DNA from: Chiloscyllium plagiosum
Taxonomy: Eukaryota
NCBI RefSeq assembly: GCF_004010195.1
Contig: NC_057718.1
Span: forward strand, 52,532,254-52,596,253
Direction: 5' to 3'
DNA: 64,000 bases
A program made the position numbers and the translations under genes. Below are positions 1-12,879 of the stretch, one piece after another. Below the pieces are notes generated by a model. That model was given only the letters and a program-made list of their open reading frames with translations, made no database searches and was not told the origin of the DNA. Numbering within the stretch: position 1 is the first letter of the stretch; each line of letters starts with the position of its first letter.

Positions 1-1604
1 AACAATGCCACATCAGATAAAGCACCCATTTGAACATAAAAAATGATCATGGTAAGCTGGGGTGAGCACCTATAAAGAAGACTCCAAAATCTCAGTGGTA
101 AGTGTTTGGAAAACGAATTGAAGACCAAACAGGCAAACAATGACATCCATTTCTGTGAGGTCAGACAGTTGTACAGATCTGTAAGTTGGGCACTGACCAA
201 CGAGAAGATTTCATCTGATTAGAATGTAATATTCTCTAAGATTGCGTCTTATAGCATTTATAAGATTACCTCAATTAAAACATTTTAAAAGGGGCATTCA
301 ACTTTTCCACTAAGGTAGAGAGAGCTAGAAATTTAGTTTGGTCTTCTTCTCACCGTGACTTAAAAGTAATAATCTCTCTCAAAACCATAACTGGAAAATA
401 TTCTGATTGTAGGGAAGGATAATTTTTATTTACACTGACACAAAGCCAGAGACCTATGGTTTAACAGGTACAATCCAATGTTTTTAAACCCAAATCATGG
501 ACAGCAGAAGCATGAAATGGAATGGGCATCTAGTGACTCCTTTATTGAACTACAACTGTTTTAACAAGGTATGTAATTTTACTTTACAGATCAAATGATA
601 AATTAATTCAAGAGCTTCAAAAATGTTACTTGTCTTGCAGTTTTAACAATTCCAATCTTCCTGTCAATGATCAAAAAGATCCAGCAAAGATCAGGAAAAT
701 TCACAAAGGTAAGAAGTAGCTTCAGGATTAACAAAGCTACAACTTATGTCATGCACAGCGAAGAGGCAATTGATCAGTTTGTTGGAAGATGGTGCAGGAG
801 GTATGAGTGTGACTTTTCCAAACAGAAACTGTCAAAGAGACTCATGCAGTTAGTCATTGCCTCGACACTATTTTGGGATTGATTAGTTGGATAAGAAAAA
901 AGGGCCACATCATCAAAGCACCATTTGCAGATTGTACCAGTATTAAGTCTTAATAACAGGTCAACGCAATTACATGGTTTAGGTGCAGCCAATATTGTTG
1001 CTATGGTCAGCAAAGTACAACAAAACTATGGAATAAATATAGTTTGATGTACCTACCCAAAAGCTGTCCAACCTTCCTTGATATATGTAATCTATGTGTC
1101 ACCAAAGAATACTGGGCTTTTATGTGCAGGAATTCTGCTTCCAAAGACCAAAACCCAACCCACAACAAAACACAGAAGATTTACAGGCTGGTACAAAGCC
1201 ACAATACTGACAGCAAGGAAAGAATTAAGAAGGTGCACAAACACATATATTGAGGTTGAAAGTCAACCAAACAAACCATATTGTTAACTTTATGCACCAT
1301 GTCAATATAGAATGATCAAAAGCTTTTACAACCATCAATATCTTAAATCCTGAAAAAGCAGGGCAACATACACTAAAAGTTAAAATCACCAGAGCCGCTC
1401 GTGCCAATATGTTGCATCCAATAACAATTCAGAAAGGCATGTATCTCAGGAAGTGGCTCCATGGTAAACGTCCACCAGAGACTGTCCCCTGGGTCACAAC
1501 TTCCGTGCATTGGCAGGATCCTATCACAGTGCCAATACAGAAGTTCATCTTGATTTCTGACAAATCTTCCACATGATAGAGATGGATATTCCACATGGAG
1601 ACAT

Positions 1605-1920
1605 GGGGCGGGACAGTGGTTCAGTGGTTAGCACTGCTGCCTCACAATGCCAGGGAGCTAGGTTCAATTCCAGCCTTGAGTGACTGTCTGCGTGGAGTTT
1701 GCACATTCTCCCCCTGTCTACGTGGGTTTCCTCCAGGTGCTCTGGTTTCCTCCCACAATCCAAAGGTGTGCAGGTCAGGTGAATTGGTCATGCTAAATTG
1801 CCTATAATGTTAGGTGCATTAGTCAAGGGAATGGGTCTGGGTGGGATACTCTTCAGAGGGTCGGTGTGGACTTGTTGGGCCAAATGGCCTGTTTCCATAT
1901 TCCAGGGAATCTAATCTGAT
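1605..1920 (+). mobile_element. tRNA-derived SINE (HE1-like)
   Basis: A box gtggttcagtggtt, B box ggttcaattcc, core gtggagtttgcacattctcccc, CR1-like tail ending aatctaatct. Confidence 0.9.
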
Positions 1921-2394
1921 CTTCTCAAGATCTCTCAGGATCTTATTAACTTCAATCAATGCACATCCCAATCTTCTGAAGCTCATCCAATCCTTACTCA
2001 TAAGACAATTGCTCATTAAAGTTACTAATCCAGTAAGTTTCCTCTGAATCATCTCCAATGCATTTACATTGTTCCTTAAATAAGGATTACTATCCCAGCA
2101 CTATTTCTGCTCAGAATGCAAGTGCAAAGGATATTGCCAAGCAACTAACTGTCTCACCATTCTGAGACACAGGACATTCTTCCTCAAAGATAGTGGAAAA
2201 TGAAAGACAGACAGAATGAGCCAGCAGGTAGACAATGACCCAAACTATGAACTTGGCAATGATTATGAGTTAGAGATACAAAAGCAAATATTTGGATACC
2301 AAGCCAAATCATGTAAAGTCAATATTGATTATGGTGCTCCATTGAAAAATAATAGAAGCCAGCTTAGGCCAATGTGTAGCACATCAACCACACA

Positions 2395-2581
2395 TAAAAT
2401 GGAGGTGCTGGTGTTGGATGGGGGTGAACAAAGTTAAAAATCACACAGCATCAGGTTACAGTCCAATAGGTCTATTTGGAAGTACAAATCCTATGATTCT
2501 GCCCCACTAGCCACCTGATGAAGGAGCAATGCTCTGAAAGCTTGAACGATAATCCAGTGTTGTGTGATTTTTAACTTTGTC
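2395..2581. mobile_element. Older palindromic Penelope terminal fragment (family A)
   Basis: acaaagttaaaaatcacac ... gtgtgatttttaactttgt inverted ends and a decayed hammerhead cacctgatgaaggagcaatgctctgaaagctt near 2512-2543. Confidence 0.75.
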
Positions 2582-3512
2582 AACTACACATGAGGAGAGT
2601 GAGGAGGAACACTCTGATGATGATGATTGCATGGTGATGTTGAGCAACCAGCAGCAACACAACTAAACTGTCAATCAAGTGCAACAGAGAAGAATGTGTC
2701 TCTCTCCAGACAGGTACACAATCTCCAAATCAGGATGGATTCTTAAGCCTCCAAAGTGTTAGATTGCAACTTAAAATGTTAGCCTTGTAAACTCTCTTTT
2801 ATGAATGTGTATGATAACAACTTGACAGCACATGCCTGTGTGCAACCATATCTATCTTTTTGAGATGTGTTTTGAGATATCTGTTAGTTTCTTCAATACC
2901 ACAACATCCATGTCCAGTTTCTTATTTTATGATGGATGACACAAGCATTGCAGCATCAAATAAAATATTCTGATTGAGGCAAAGAAATCACAGTAGTTAA
3001 TCCTCGTTGTTGAACTTTCCTGGGGATTTTGGAGGTGACTTCACCTGCCTTCCTCTCTGTGTGTGAAAAAACGTGGTGACTAACCTGGATATAAGCTGCA
3101 TAGTTCATTGTGTATTGTGTACTGTTACCATATTTATTTTATAGCATTTCCATCCTGAAAAATCAGAGGCAGCTGAACATCTGTCAAAGTGTAGCTTTGG
3201 GTTGTGTAAGGTTCAATGATATGGATTTACCCTAACCACATGCATTTCACAGGGAGAAAGGAAAACAACTTAATAGCATGGCAATTTGCCTGTTTAGCAC
3301 CTTTTGAAGACTGATACAACAGGCAAGAAACATGCATTCATTATCAACCAGAAGTATGTCATTCACCAGACTTACAATTTCTTAAATACTTGAGCAATAG
3401 TTTGCATACATTGCCTGAAATAAGAATTAAGCCCCTAGTATATGCAAATAAAAGGCCAACTGTTATTTGAAACTTCCACTATTAATATTGGTTCATTAGT
3501 GCTAGCTAGAAG

Positions 3513-4725
3513 TAGACAATAGACAATAAACAATAGACAATAGGTGCAGGAGTCGGCCATTCTGCCCTTCGAGCCTGCACCACCATTCAATATGATCATG
3601 GCTGATCATCCTTAATCAGTATCCTGTTCCTGCCTTATCTCCATAACCCTTGATTTCACTATCCTTGAGAGCTCTATCCAACTCTTTCTTCAATGGATCT
3701 AGAGNNNNNNNNNNNNNNNNNNNNNNNNNNNNNNNNNNNNNNNNNNNNNNNNNNNNNNNNNNNNNNNNNNNNNNNNNNNNNNNNNNNNNNNNNNNNNNNN
3801 NNNNNNNNNNNNNNNNNNNNNNNNNNNNNNNNNNNNNNNNNNNNNNNNNNNNNNNNNNNNNNNNNNNNNNNNNNNNNNNNNNNNNNNNNNNNNNNNNNNN
3901 NNNNNNNNNNNNNNNNNNNNNNNNNNNNNNNNNNNNNNNNNNNNNNNNNNNNNNNNNNNNNNNNNNNNNNNNNNNNNNNNNNNNNNNNNNNNNNNNNNNN
4001 NNNNNNNNNNNNNNNNNNNNNNNNNNNNNNNNNNNNNNNNNNNNNNNNNNNNNNNNNNNNNNNNNNNNNNNNNNNNNNNNNNNNNNNNNNNNNNNNNNNN
4101 NNNNTAATCTCCTAACATCCTCCTCACATTTCACCCTGCCACCCAGCTTAGTATCATCAGCACATTTGCTAATGTTATTACTAATACCATCTTCTATATC
4201 ATGAACATATATTGTAAAAAGCTGCGGTCCCAGCACTGATCCCTGCAGTATCCCACTGGTCACTGCCTGCCATTCTGAAATGGAGCCGTTTATCAATACT
4301 CTTTGTTTCCTGTCAGCCAACCAACTTTCAATCCAAGTTAGTACTTTGCCTCCAATACAATGCACCCTAATTTTGCTGACTAACCTCCTATGTGGGACTT
4401 TATCAAAAGCAAGTCCAGGTACACTACATCTACTGGATCTCCCTTGTCCATCTTCAGAGTTACATCCTCAAAAAATTCCAGAAGTTTAGTCAAGCATGAT
4501 TTCCCCTTCATAAATCCATGCTGACTCTGACCTATCCTGTTACTACTATCCAGATGTGTCGTAATTTCATCCTTCAGAATAGACTCCAGCATCTTTCCCA
4601 CCACTGAGGTCAGACTAACTGGTCTATAATTTCCTGCTTTCTCTCTCCCACCTTTCTTAAAAAGTGGTACAACATTAGCCACCCTCCAATCTGCAGGAAC
4701 TGATCCCGAATCTATCGAACTCGAA
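3513..4725 (-). mobile_element. CR1 LINE 3' portion (RT fragments), spans a gap
   Basis: NVVPLFKKG...NYRPVSLTSVVGK...QHGFMKGKSCLT and QGSVLGPQLF...ADDTKLGG; (TTGTCTA)n tail. Confidence 0.92.
3705..4104. other. Assembly gap (400 N)
   Basis: N run inside a CR1. Confidence 0.99.
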
Positions 4726-6504
4726 TTTAATCAGGGAATTTAACAATCGCCCTTAAAAAATGGCAACTACAGGTTTCAACCACACATTAATTAAAAAAGT
4801 AGAACAGCAATCAAAAGCACATAATCTCCTGTCGAGCACCAATCCCCAAACCCATGCCTTCTATTGATATCAGGCAAGCTAATGATTTCACAAACATTCA
4901 TAGGCACCAAATGAATGTGGGTCTCAGCGTGTTGGTGTTGCATATTTGTGTTGAGATTCCTGACAGGAGTCATATGTCAGAGGCTGAGATGTTGACTTTT
5001 CTCTATAGCCTATCAGCTACTGATTGAAGTTCAAGTCAGAAACAATTAAAAATTTGAGTAAATTGAAGATATTTTGATTACTACCATGATATTGGGCATA
5101 CACCATAATTATTCACTGCCTTCACATTCATAGAGTGGAACTCCTTTCAGTTAGAGAATATTGCTGGTGTTCAAGGGACATAATGCAGACAATGCGTATG
5201 TTGTCAATAACACTGCACCAGAAGAAATGTAGACAAATCTGAGAGCTCACTTCTTCTGATCAGCAGTCAGCATTGGGAAGGTGATCGATTGCTGTCACCT
5301 GATTAATGACTGCACAGACAGTCAAGTGACTAATGTTGCTGATAGCATGTGTCACAGTCTGCCATAGAAATTGATAGTTATTGTTACCTTCACATGCGCA
5401 GGCAGTTCTGTATGTAAACTGTTGTGGTTGCCATTGCTCTTACAACAGATTACATTGGTCAGTGAATGTTTGTTGAGTAAAGCCCAGTCTCCTGCTGTGC
5501 TATTCCTCTGACACATTCAGTTTTGAACACCGTGCATGTCTAAATCTCTCCACGTCTCCTTTGCCATCTTCTTTGATCTTCCACCAGTCTGCTGGTATTT
5601 CAATTGTCATCCCAATAACTTGCTCATTTCTACTGGTAATTGTCTTGGATAGATGACAAGTTTAAAATCAAATCTTTCTCAGTTCTCATCATCTGCCTGT
5701 CAGCAGTTTGTGAATTAATTATTCTCCATTTCCTTTAAACAGAGCAAGCATATTTCCCCATCCCCTCTGGTCTTCATCATCTCCTGTATTCATCCCTTTA
5801 TCTTCCTGATCCCCACTCCTATTTTACCTTCTCTCTTCCTATTCATTTCTTATCACCACTTCCTCCTTCTTTCTTTGCCTTAACCTCTATCTTCTTCCTT
5901 TTCTCTTCCTAGGCCATCCTCCCTTTCTTCCACTTCCTGAACTACTGTTTATAACCTACCATTTATTCCTTTTCTCTTGGCCTTTAGTCTCAAAGGACGA
6001 TGCCATGAAAGATTGCTCAATAGTCAATGAATAAGAAACTGTGATGAACGCATCACTTCAAACTGATAAAATCGGAATCTATTTTGTCCAAAGAAACTCA
6101 TCTCAAATTAATCAATACTATTATAATTCTAATCTAATTCCTTATTACATCCATATAATTAGCAAAGACCTTGTAATGCCAATGACAAGGTTTGCATTTT
6201 ATCATACACTGAGACTAGCAAGTTACCAAAAGTTACAAGAACAATCATATGATCATTACTGACTAATGAGGTTCCTCAAAGCTTCCCAACACAGATTTTC
6301 TATTTTCCACTCGGTGTAAGACGAATACAGAGAGACGGCCACCTCCAACAGAAACTGTCTACAGCCATTCAATGCTTGGACTTGATGAGAGCTCCTTTTC
6401 CCTGTTGCAATTCGAACAGGACATAGACATTCAGAAAAATAGGTTCTAATTTGGATTCCACTTTGAAAGATGTTTGGATATTTATGCAGATAACTTACAA
6501 TTTA

Positions 6505-7030
6505 TCCTGGTCTGGCAGCATCTGTGAAAAGAAATCAAAGTTAACGTTGCAGGTCCAGTGACCCTTCCTCAAAACTAGATCTGGTCACCAAACCTGAAAT
6601 GTTAACTTTGATTTCTCTCCACAGTTGCTGCCAGACCTGCTGAGTTTTTCCAGCAACTTCTGTTTTTGTTTCCGATTGACAGCATCCCAGTTCTTTCAAT
6701 TTTTATTTACAACCTATCCTGTTTTGGAAAGGTATTCCCTTGACTTATGAGTGACTAAGGTCTGACTCCAGTAAATTTCTTTGAAAATTGTTTATTTACA
6801 CTACAGCACAGCTGCACTTCTAGATAAGGAACAAAAAGCGAAATTATTGGAGAAAGCAGGCCTGGCAGGATCTGTGGAGAAAACTCAGAGTCAATATTCT
6901 GGGTTCAGTCACCCTTCTTCAGAACTGGACCCAGAACATTGACTCAGCTTTCTCTCCAAAGATGCTGCCAGACGTGCTAGTTTTATCGAGCAATTTCTGA
7001 TTTTGTTTCAGATTTTCAGTATCTACAGTT
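6505..7030. mobile_element. Two adjacent decayed palindromic PLE-type terminal fragments (putative family C); related copies at about 23275-23515 and 50450-50555
   Basis: ggcagcatctgtg-ga(g)ag...ctctccacag(a/t)tgctgccagac inverted arms; remnants of a ctga(g/a)gaagggtca...gacc-gaaacgttaac hammerhead-like core. Confidence 0.6.
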
Positions 7031-8424
7031 CTTCATTTTTTTCCCTTTCTAGATATGGACATTTCTCTCTCTCTCTCTCCCCACGTTGGTCCTCTATTCC
7101 ATCTCTCTCCTCAAACTCTTGCACATTAACACTGATACCACTATTACATCATCATATGCACCATCATCACATTCCTGTCCACGCTAACCAAATAGAATCA
7201 TTTTAAAAACAGTACTTTAAACTATTTCAGTAAGCTATTTACATTGAAACCATCCCCCAAAGTCCAAGCTTCACAAATTTAGCTTTTGTGGTGTCTTTAC
7301 CACTCTCCCTGATCTTGTTATCGTTATCCATAATCAATGGTGATGATTCTCTGACTGGATTATCATTCAGTTAGGCAGCTGATGTATCAACCCATCAACC
7401 CAGAGCTTACAATATTCAAATGAATTTCCTGTAAGAACATGAGAGTTTTTTCTGGTGTTGGTCTTTGAATGAGTTAGTATTGTGGTTGTTCAGTTTGTTA
7501 AGGACTGTCTTTAAAGTTTTGATCTTTCATCAATGCCCTTTGATCGGCTACAAATGTTGCAAAAGTCTTCACTCTATGCCTGGAATGATGCCAATTTTCT
7601 GTTTTTTCTTATTTGATTGTTCTCTAAATTTCTTATTCTTTCATGATCATTTGATGTAATATTCAATTTACATTCTGCTTCAGAAATGAAATTTGTGTTT
7701 GCAACCTTCATTTATAAGTAACTGTCAGTGATAATTTGTTACTCAAGAGTGTCAAGCTATAACTCTACATTTCCAACACTGTTCTTAGTTATAGCATTCT
7801 AACAATTTCACTGCTCTGTCAGGATATCCATTGTTTTGTTGTGAAGAGCATTGGTACATAGGATGCTGCAAGCTGCTTGAAATATTGTTTGTGCACCAAT
7901 TTCATCTGGAAAACTGTGGGTTGAATAAAAACACGCTTGAATGCTCTTATTATCATTTTGGCAGCTGTAATGTGGAGACCAGAAGTTTCCAATTAACCTG
8001 AATAATATTGTGTTGTGATCATTATGTTTTCCCTCAAAAATCAAAAGGATGTCGCAAGACGTCTGAAAATTCAAGACAGAACGACATGAGAAAGTCTTCA
8101 ATTGATTTGAAAATTTCTGGCCACCACACACAGCATTGTGCATGAGCTCTATACTTCACTATACCCACATAAACACACAAATCCAATGAAGAATTTCTTC
8201 TGTCAGAGCATTGAAATTACCAGTCCATTGCTATTACTTAAACAGCATCCACTATTATTGAGTACTTTCTCTGTCAGTAGTATGTACATAAAAACTGATT
8301 GTTTGGATTACATTTAACCAACCTTCTTTGCAAAATTCCTAACTTTGGTACATTCAACATATTCTTTTTGTGCTTTCCAAAATCCAGTAGCTTTTTCACT
8401 GAACGAGGTGAAGGATTTTTTTTA

Positions 8425-9340
8425 AAATTTATTCATGAGATGTGGGCATGAGTGTACTCCTCATTCCTAGTTCCTCTTCAGAAGTTATAGTGAGCTGCCT
8501 TCTTGAACTATTGCAATCCATTTGGTGTAGGTAGATCCACAGTGCCATTAGGGAGGGAATTCCAGGATTCTGGCACAGAAACACTGAAGGTACAGTGGCA
8601 TTTTTGAAGACCGGATGGTGAATAGTTTTGAAGGGAACTTGCAAGGGATTGTATTTGCATGTATCTGCTGCCCCTGTCCTTCTAGGAGGTTGAAGTCATG
8701 AGTTTGGAAGGTGCTTCTAAGAAACCTTTGCAAATTTCTGGAGTGCATGTCGCAGATGGCGCATATTCTCACTACTGATTTTCAGTGATGAAAAGTTGAA
8801 TGTTTGCAGATGTGATGCCAATTAAGCAGGCTGTTTTGTCCAAGGTGGAGTTGAGCTTTGTGAGTGTTGTTGGAGCTGCACTCGTAAATGGTGAGTTACT
8901 TGCTGACCTGCTGTTGTAACCACCGCATTAACAAGTCCAGTTTCATGCCTGGTCAATGGAACTCCCAGGACTTTAATAGTGGGAGATTCAGTGAGATAAC
9001 ATCATTGGATATCAAGGGACAATATTTGGATTCTCTCTTGCTGGGGATAGTAATTGCATGGCACTTGTGGCTCTGAAGGTGACTTGTCACTTGTCAGCCC
9101 ATATTGAAAACTGTCCAGCTCTTGCAACATTTGGGCATTAACTTCTTCAGCATCTGAGGTGTCACAAATGGTGCTGAACATTGCGCAATCATCGGTGAAC
9201 ATCCCACTTCTGACCTTATGATGGAGGGAAGGCTATTGACGAAGCAGCAGAAGATGTTTGGGACCATGACACTACCCTGAGGAACTCTTGCAGAGATGTC
9301 CTGCAGCTGAGATGACTGACCTCTAACAATCGCAACCAAG
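8425..9340 (-). mobile_element. Old CR1-clade LINE 3' fragment
   Basis: VPQGSVMVPNIFCCFVN and MFTDDCAMF in shifted frames; same family as 28860-30760 and 60900-62350. Confidence 0.8.
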
Positions 9341-9929
9341 AATGAATCCAGCCATTGCTATGAAAATGCTTCCATCTTTGAAATAAGCACTAAGCTTTGG
9401 TTTGCTGCATGATCAATGATTGTTCTGAATATTGTGTCTATTTTGATCTAATTTTCATCTGGCATATAAATAAGCAATGTGAATTCATGTCAGTACTCTG
9501 ACCTGTTGTCTCTCATGGACTTTTCATCCCTTTTTTTTATTTCAGAAGTCTCTGTTAAACACATCCCTTTCTGCAGAGTAAAGATGTGTATGATACAGAG
9601 GATTGTGATTAATCTCTTGCTTCTTGTGGCTACGTGTGGTAATGATCTGAGGTTTTGTTTGGAAATACGAGCCATTTGGATATTGCAATTTAACTTGTGA
9701 TGGCTGCTGTCCACTGTTTTGAGCCATTTCAAATAGTCAGCTAATGCTGCAACACCTGTGCCAGCGTCAAGTTTGAACATTGTTTTAAAGTCTTTAACTT
9801 CTCAGGTAACAGACCAAAGTATTTGTATCTGATATTTTGCTTCTCCAACAAAATCTATACTCTTATTTTGGTCCAAAGTTAAAAATCACGCAACACCAGG
9901 TTATAGTCGAACAGATTTAATTGGAAGCA

Positions 9930-9964
9930 CACTAGCTTTCGGAGCGACGCTCCTTCATCAGGTG
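9930..9964 (-). ncRNA. Minimal type I hammerhead ribozyme motif (PLE family A), mirror copy
   Basis: Exact reverse complement of 9982-10016. Confidence 0.8.
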
Positions 9965-9981
9965 TTAGTGGAGGGCTCTAT

Positions 9982-10016
9982 CACCTGATGAAGGAGCGTC
10001 GCTCCGAAAGCTAGTG
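9982..10016 (+). ncRNA. Minimal type I hammerhead ribozyme motif (PLE family A)
   Basis: CAC-CUGAUGA-A-GGAGC(guc)GCUCC-GAAA-GC-UA-GUG: full core, 5-bp stem II, palindromic AGCU mini stem III, CAC/GUG stem I. Activity not shown. Confidence 0.8.
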
Positions 10017-10461
10017 TGCTTCCAATTAAACCTGTTGGATTATAACCTGGTGTTGTGTGATTTTTAACTTTGTACACCCCAGTCCAACACCGGAATCTCC
10101 AAATCATGACTTATTGCTGTCCTTATTCACAATTTCCTGGATGTTCTGTGTTTTAGAGATATTTTCTTGCTTTCTATCTGTAATTGCATTTGTAGATTTG
10201 CAAACTGTTCAAAGTGTCCTGTCTTTCAGCACTGGCAAGACTATGCCATCAGTTTTTTTTCAGTGAAGCAATGCCAGCACATTAACATGGCTACAGCAGG
10301 AACTCCCACACGTTGCACCACAATTGTGCAATCTATTTCCATAGATTATGGTCTAAATCAGCCTGTCCATTCGAATGAGCTGCTAGTTTGAGAGTTCGGT
10401 TATCTTTTGTCAATAACAAAATCTGACAGTTTTTTTAGCACAGACTCCAACAACAATCTGT

Positions 10462-10757
10462 GGACGGCACGGTAGCACAGTGGTTAGCACTGCTGCCTCA
10501 CAGCGCCAAACACCCGGGTTCAATTCCCGACTCAGGCGACTGACTGTGTGGAGTTTGCACATTCTCCCCGTGTCAGCGTGGGTTTTCTCCGGGTGCTCCG
10601 GTTTCCTCCCACAGTCCAAAGATGTGCAGGTGAGGTGAATTGGCCATGCTAAATTGCCCATAGTGTTGGGTAAATGTAGGGGAATGGGTGGGTTACGCTT
10701 CAGCGGATGGGTGTGGACTTGTTGGGCCTGTTTCCACACTGTAAGTAATCTAATCTA
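10462..10757 (+). mobile_element. tRNA-derived SINE (HE1-like)
   Basis: Same head, core and tail; (TAATC)n end. Confidence 0.9.
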
Positions 10758-10855
10758 AATAACAGCACCTTTCAATGCACCACAAGTAGTGAGTCACTGG
10801 TATTTAAGGAATAGTTTGATGGCTTCCCTTGACATTTGAGTTCGATTTTTTTTAC

Positions 10856-11120
10856 TAGATTCCCTACATTGTGGAAACAGGCCCTTCGGCCCAACTAGTC
10901 CACACCAACCATCCGAAGAGTAACCCACCTAGACTCATTTCCCTCTGACTAATGCACCTAACACTATGGGCAATTTAGCAAAGCCAATTCACCTCACCTG
11001 CACATCTTTGGACCATGAGAGGAAATCAGAGCACCCAGAGGAAACCCACAGTCACCCGAGGCTGGAATCGAACCTGGAACATTGGTGCTGTGAGGCAGCA
11101 GTGCTAACCACTGAGCCACC
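10856..11120 (-). mobile_element. tRNA-derived SINE (HE1-like)
   Basis: Reverse complement of the same family, with a small internal deletion. Confidence 0.88.
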
Positions 11121-11806
11121 TGTCTGATTGAACTGCATATGGGCTCAATTATGAAGTTCTGTTTTGGGCTGAAATACACATTGAATGGTTTTAGGAAAGT
11201 TTCACAGTCTGAAGAAGTATCCATTGCCCCATCTTATGAGATATTTGGATATCTCTTTGGGAATTTTTGACCTATTCTGTATCTGCAAGGTTTCCTTTGA
11301 TTTGTGGGTGTAATTTATTTACATGACGACATCACACACACACTCACACACACTACTCTAACTCTTGTCAGCCTCTTGCACATAAAGGCTGATGTCACTG
11401 TTTTATCATCATACAAATTACCATACACCTTCCAACAAATATAAGTTTTAAATAACGTACTTAAACTATGTTACTGAATTATTTGCATCACCACCACCTC
11501 CCACAAAGTCCAAACTTCACAGATTGAGCCTTTGTGCTGCCTTTACAGTTTATCTTGTTCTTGTCACCCTTATGGAAGACCAATAATCTTCAATCATATA
11601 CCATAATGCACACCACAATTACTCCACAGAAAAGAATCCTCATTGAAAAAATGCCAGCTAAATAACTTGAGAATTTTAGTTCCAGAATTGACAAACTCAA
11701 ATGAGCAATATCCAGTAACTGAGCCACTAAATGAAAAGGATTGACTTGGGGAGTCAGTTATTGTGAGGAGCCATTCAGCAAGCAGTTGAGAAAGCAATGG
11801 GGTTAC

Positions 11807-12289
11807 CCACAATTTCAGCTGCTGAACTGTAGTTCACATCAGAAACAAGTTAAGACTCAGCAGAAGTCATAGACTATAGGGATAGCCTATTCACCTCTTC
11901 AAATCTGCTCTGCCATTCAATTATACCAGGCTGCTCTCTATCCTAACTTCATCAACCTGCCTCAGTTCAATAATTCTTTCCAACCTTACCTAACAAAAAT
12001 CTATTAATCACAGTTTTGAAATTTCCCTTTTGCCCAGCTCAATGGCTCCACAATTTCAGCTGCTGAACTGTAGTTCACATCAGAAACAAGTTAAGACTCA
12101 GCAGAAGTCATAGACTATAGGGATAGCCTATTCACCTCTTCAAACCTGCTCTGCCATTCAATTATACCAGGCTGCTCTCTATCCTAACTTCATCAACTTG
12201 CCTCAGTTCGATAATTCTTTCCAACCTTACCTAACAAAAATCTATTAATCACAGTTTTGAAATTTCCCTTTTTGCCCAGCTCAATGGCT
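11807..12289. repeat. Tandem duplication, 2 x about 241 bp
   Basis: Copies start at 11807 and 12048 (ccacaatttcagctgctgaac) and differ at about 4 positions. Confidence 0.95.
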
Positions 12290-12879
12290 ATTTTGGGGTA
12301 GACAGTTCCACACTTCCATGAAGAATTGCTTTCAGATATCACTCCCAATGTAACATTGCTATTGAGTTCAGTGTTTCAATTATCACCAGAACAAAGAATC
12401 ACATTTCAGTGGCAAGATCAATATATTGACTTAATGACACGTATGTCGGACATTGGCTATATAGTTTCTGATTTATCCCAAATGCCCAGCATGTTCGAGC
12501 TGAAATGTAGAAATCGATAGAGACAGAATCCAAGAACAATTGCTTGATTACTTCTAGGTCCCTGTTGAAGAATCATGGTGCCATCCACCCCAACCCCTTA
12601 CTGAATGTTCAAGGCAGCTCCAGAATACCAGTGCTCCTCTGGGTGCACAGCGACCTTTTAAATATGACACATCTTTCAACAGATATCCAATGAGTGAGGG
12701 GTTCTCCTGGAGATGCTGCACATTAAGATGGGGCTGGAATTGGTTGAGAGTTTCACCATAAGGAGGGACACACAGTTAATGAGATGCATTTGGTAAAATA
12801 GGGCATGAGATCTCATCAGGCCTCATGGAAAAACACCCTCCAAAAAACTCTATGAAGCTGACACCTATCCAAATAAAGC

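Larger units (their letters stand above)
480..2770 (+). mobile_element. Decayed Gypsy-type gag-protease and integrase-end remnant
   Basis: IDQFV...ECDFS...LSKRLMQLVIAST (gag-like), CPTFLDICNLC...WAFMC (zinc-knuckle remnant), LKVKIT..A.ANML (protease remnant), and SG-ILKPP near 2730-2755 (integrase tail). Confidence 0.6.
9874..10108. mobile_element. Palindromic Penelope terminal fragment (family A)
   Basis: About 91-bp inverted arms (9874-9964 and 9982-10072) with a 17-bp spacer; same sequence as the terminus at 51042-51127. Confidence 0.85.
7100..11575 (-). mobile_element. Ancient, internally deleted Gypsy-type LTR retrotransposon with both LTRs, interrupted by younger inserts
   Basis: Diverged direct repeats at about 7140-7325 and 11400-11572 (shared caaagtccaa-cttcaca-att-agc-tttgtg-tg-ctttac). 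Gag-like FNVYFSPKQNFIIE (about 11140-11190), knuckle remnant CQC*KTGHF (about 10200-10240), protease-like FKLDAG (about 9760-9780) and integrase-like SPHY (about 7970). Confidence 0.65.

Noticed and set aside
1605..1680. tRNA-like A/B boxes
   Set aside because: These are SINE heads, not tRNA genes.
3616..4204. Long ORFs full of X (also 54442-55493)
   Set aside because: They are long only because they run through N gaps.
5755..5985. Long pyrimidine-rich tract
   Set aside because: Low-complexity sequence with no associated exon or structure I can support.
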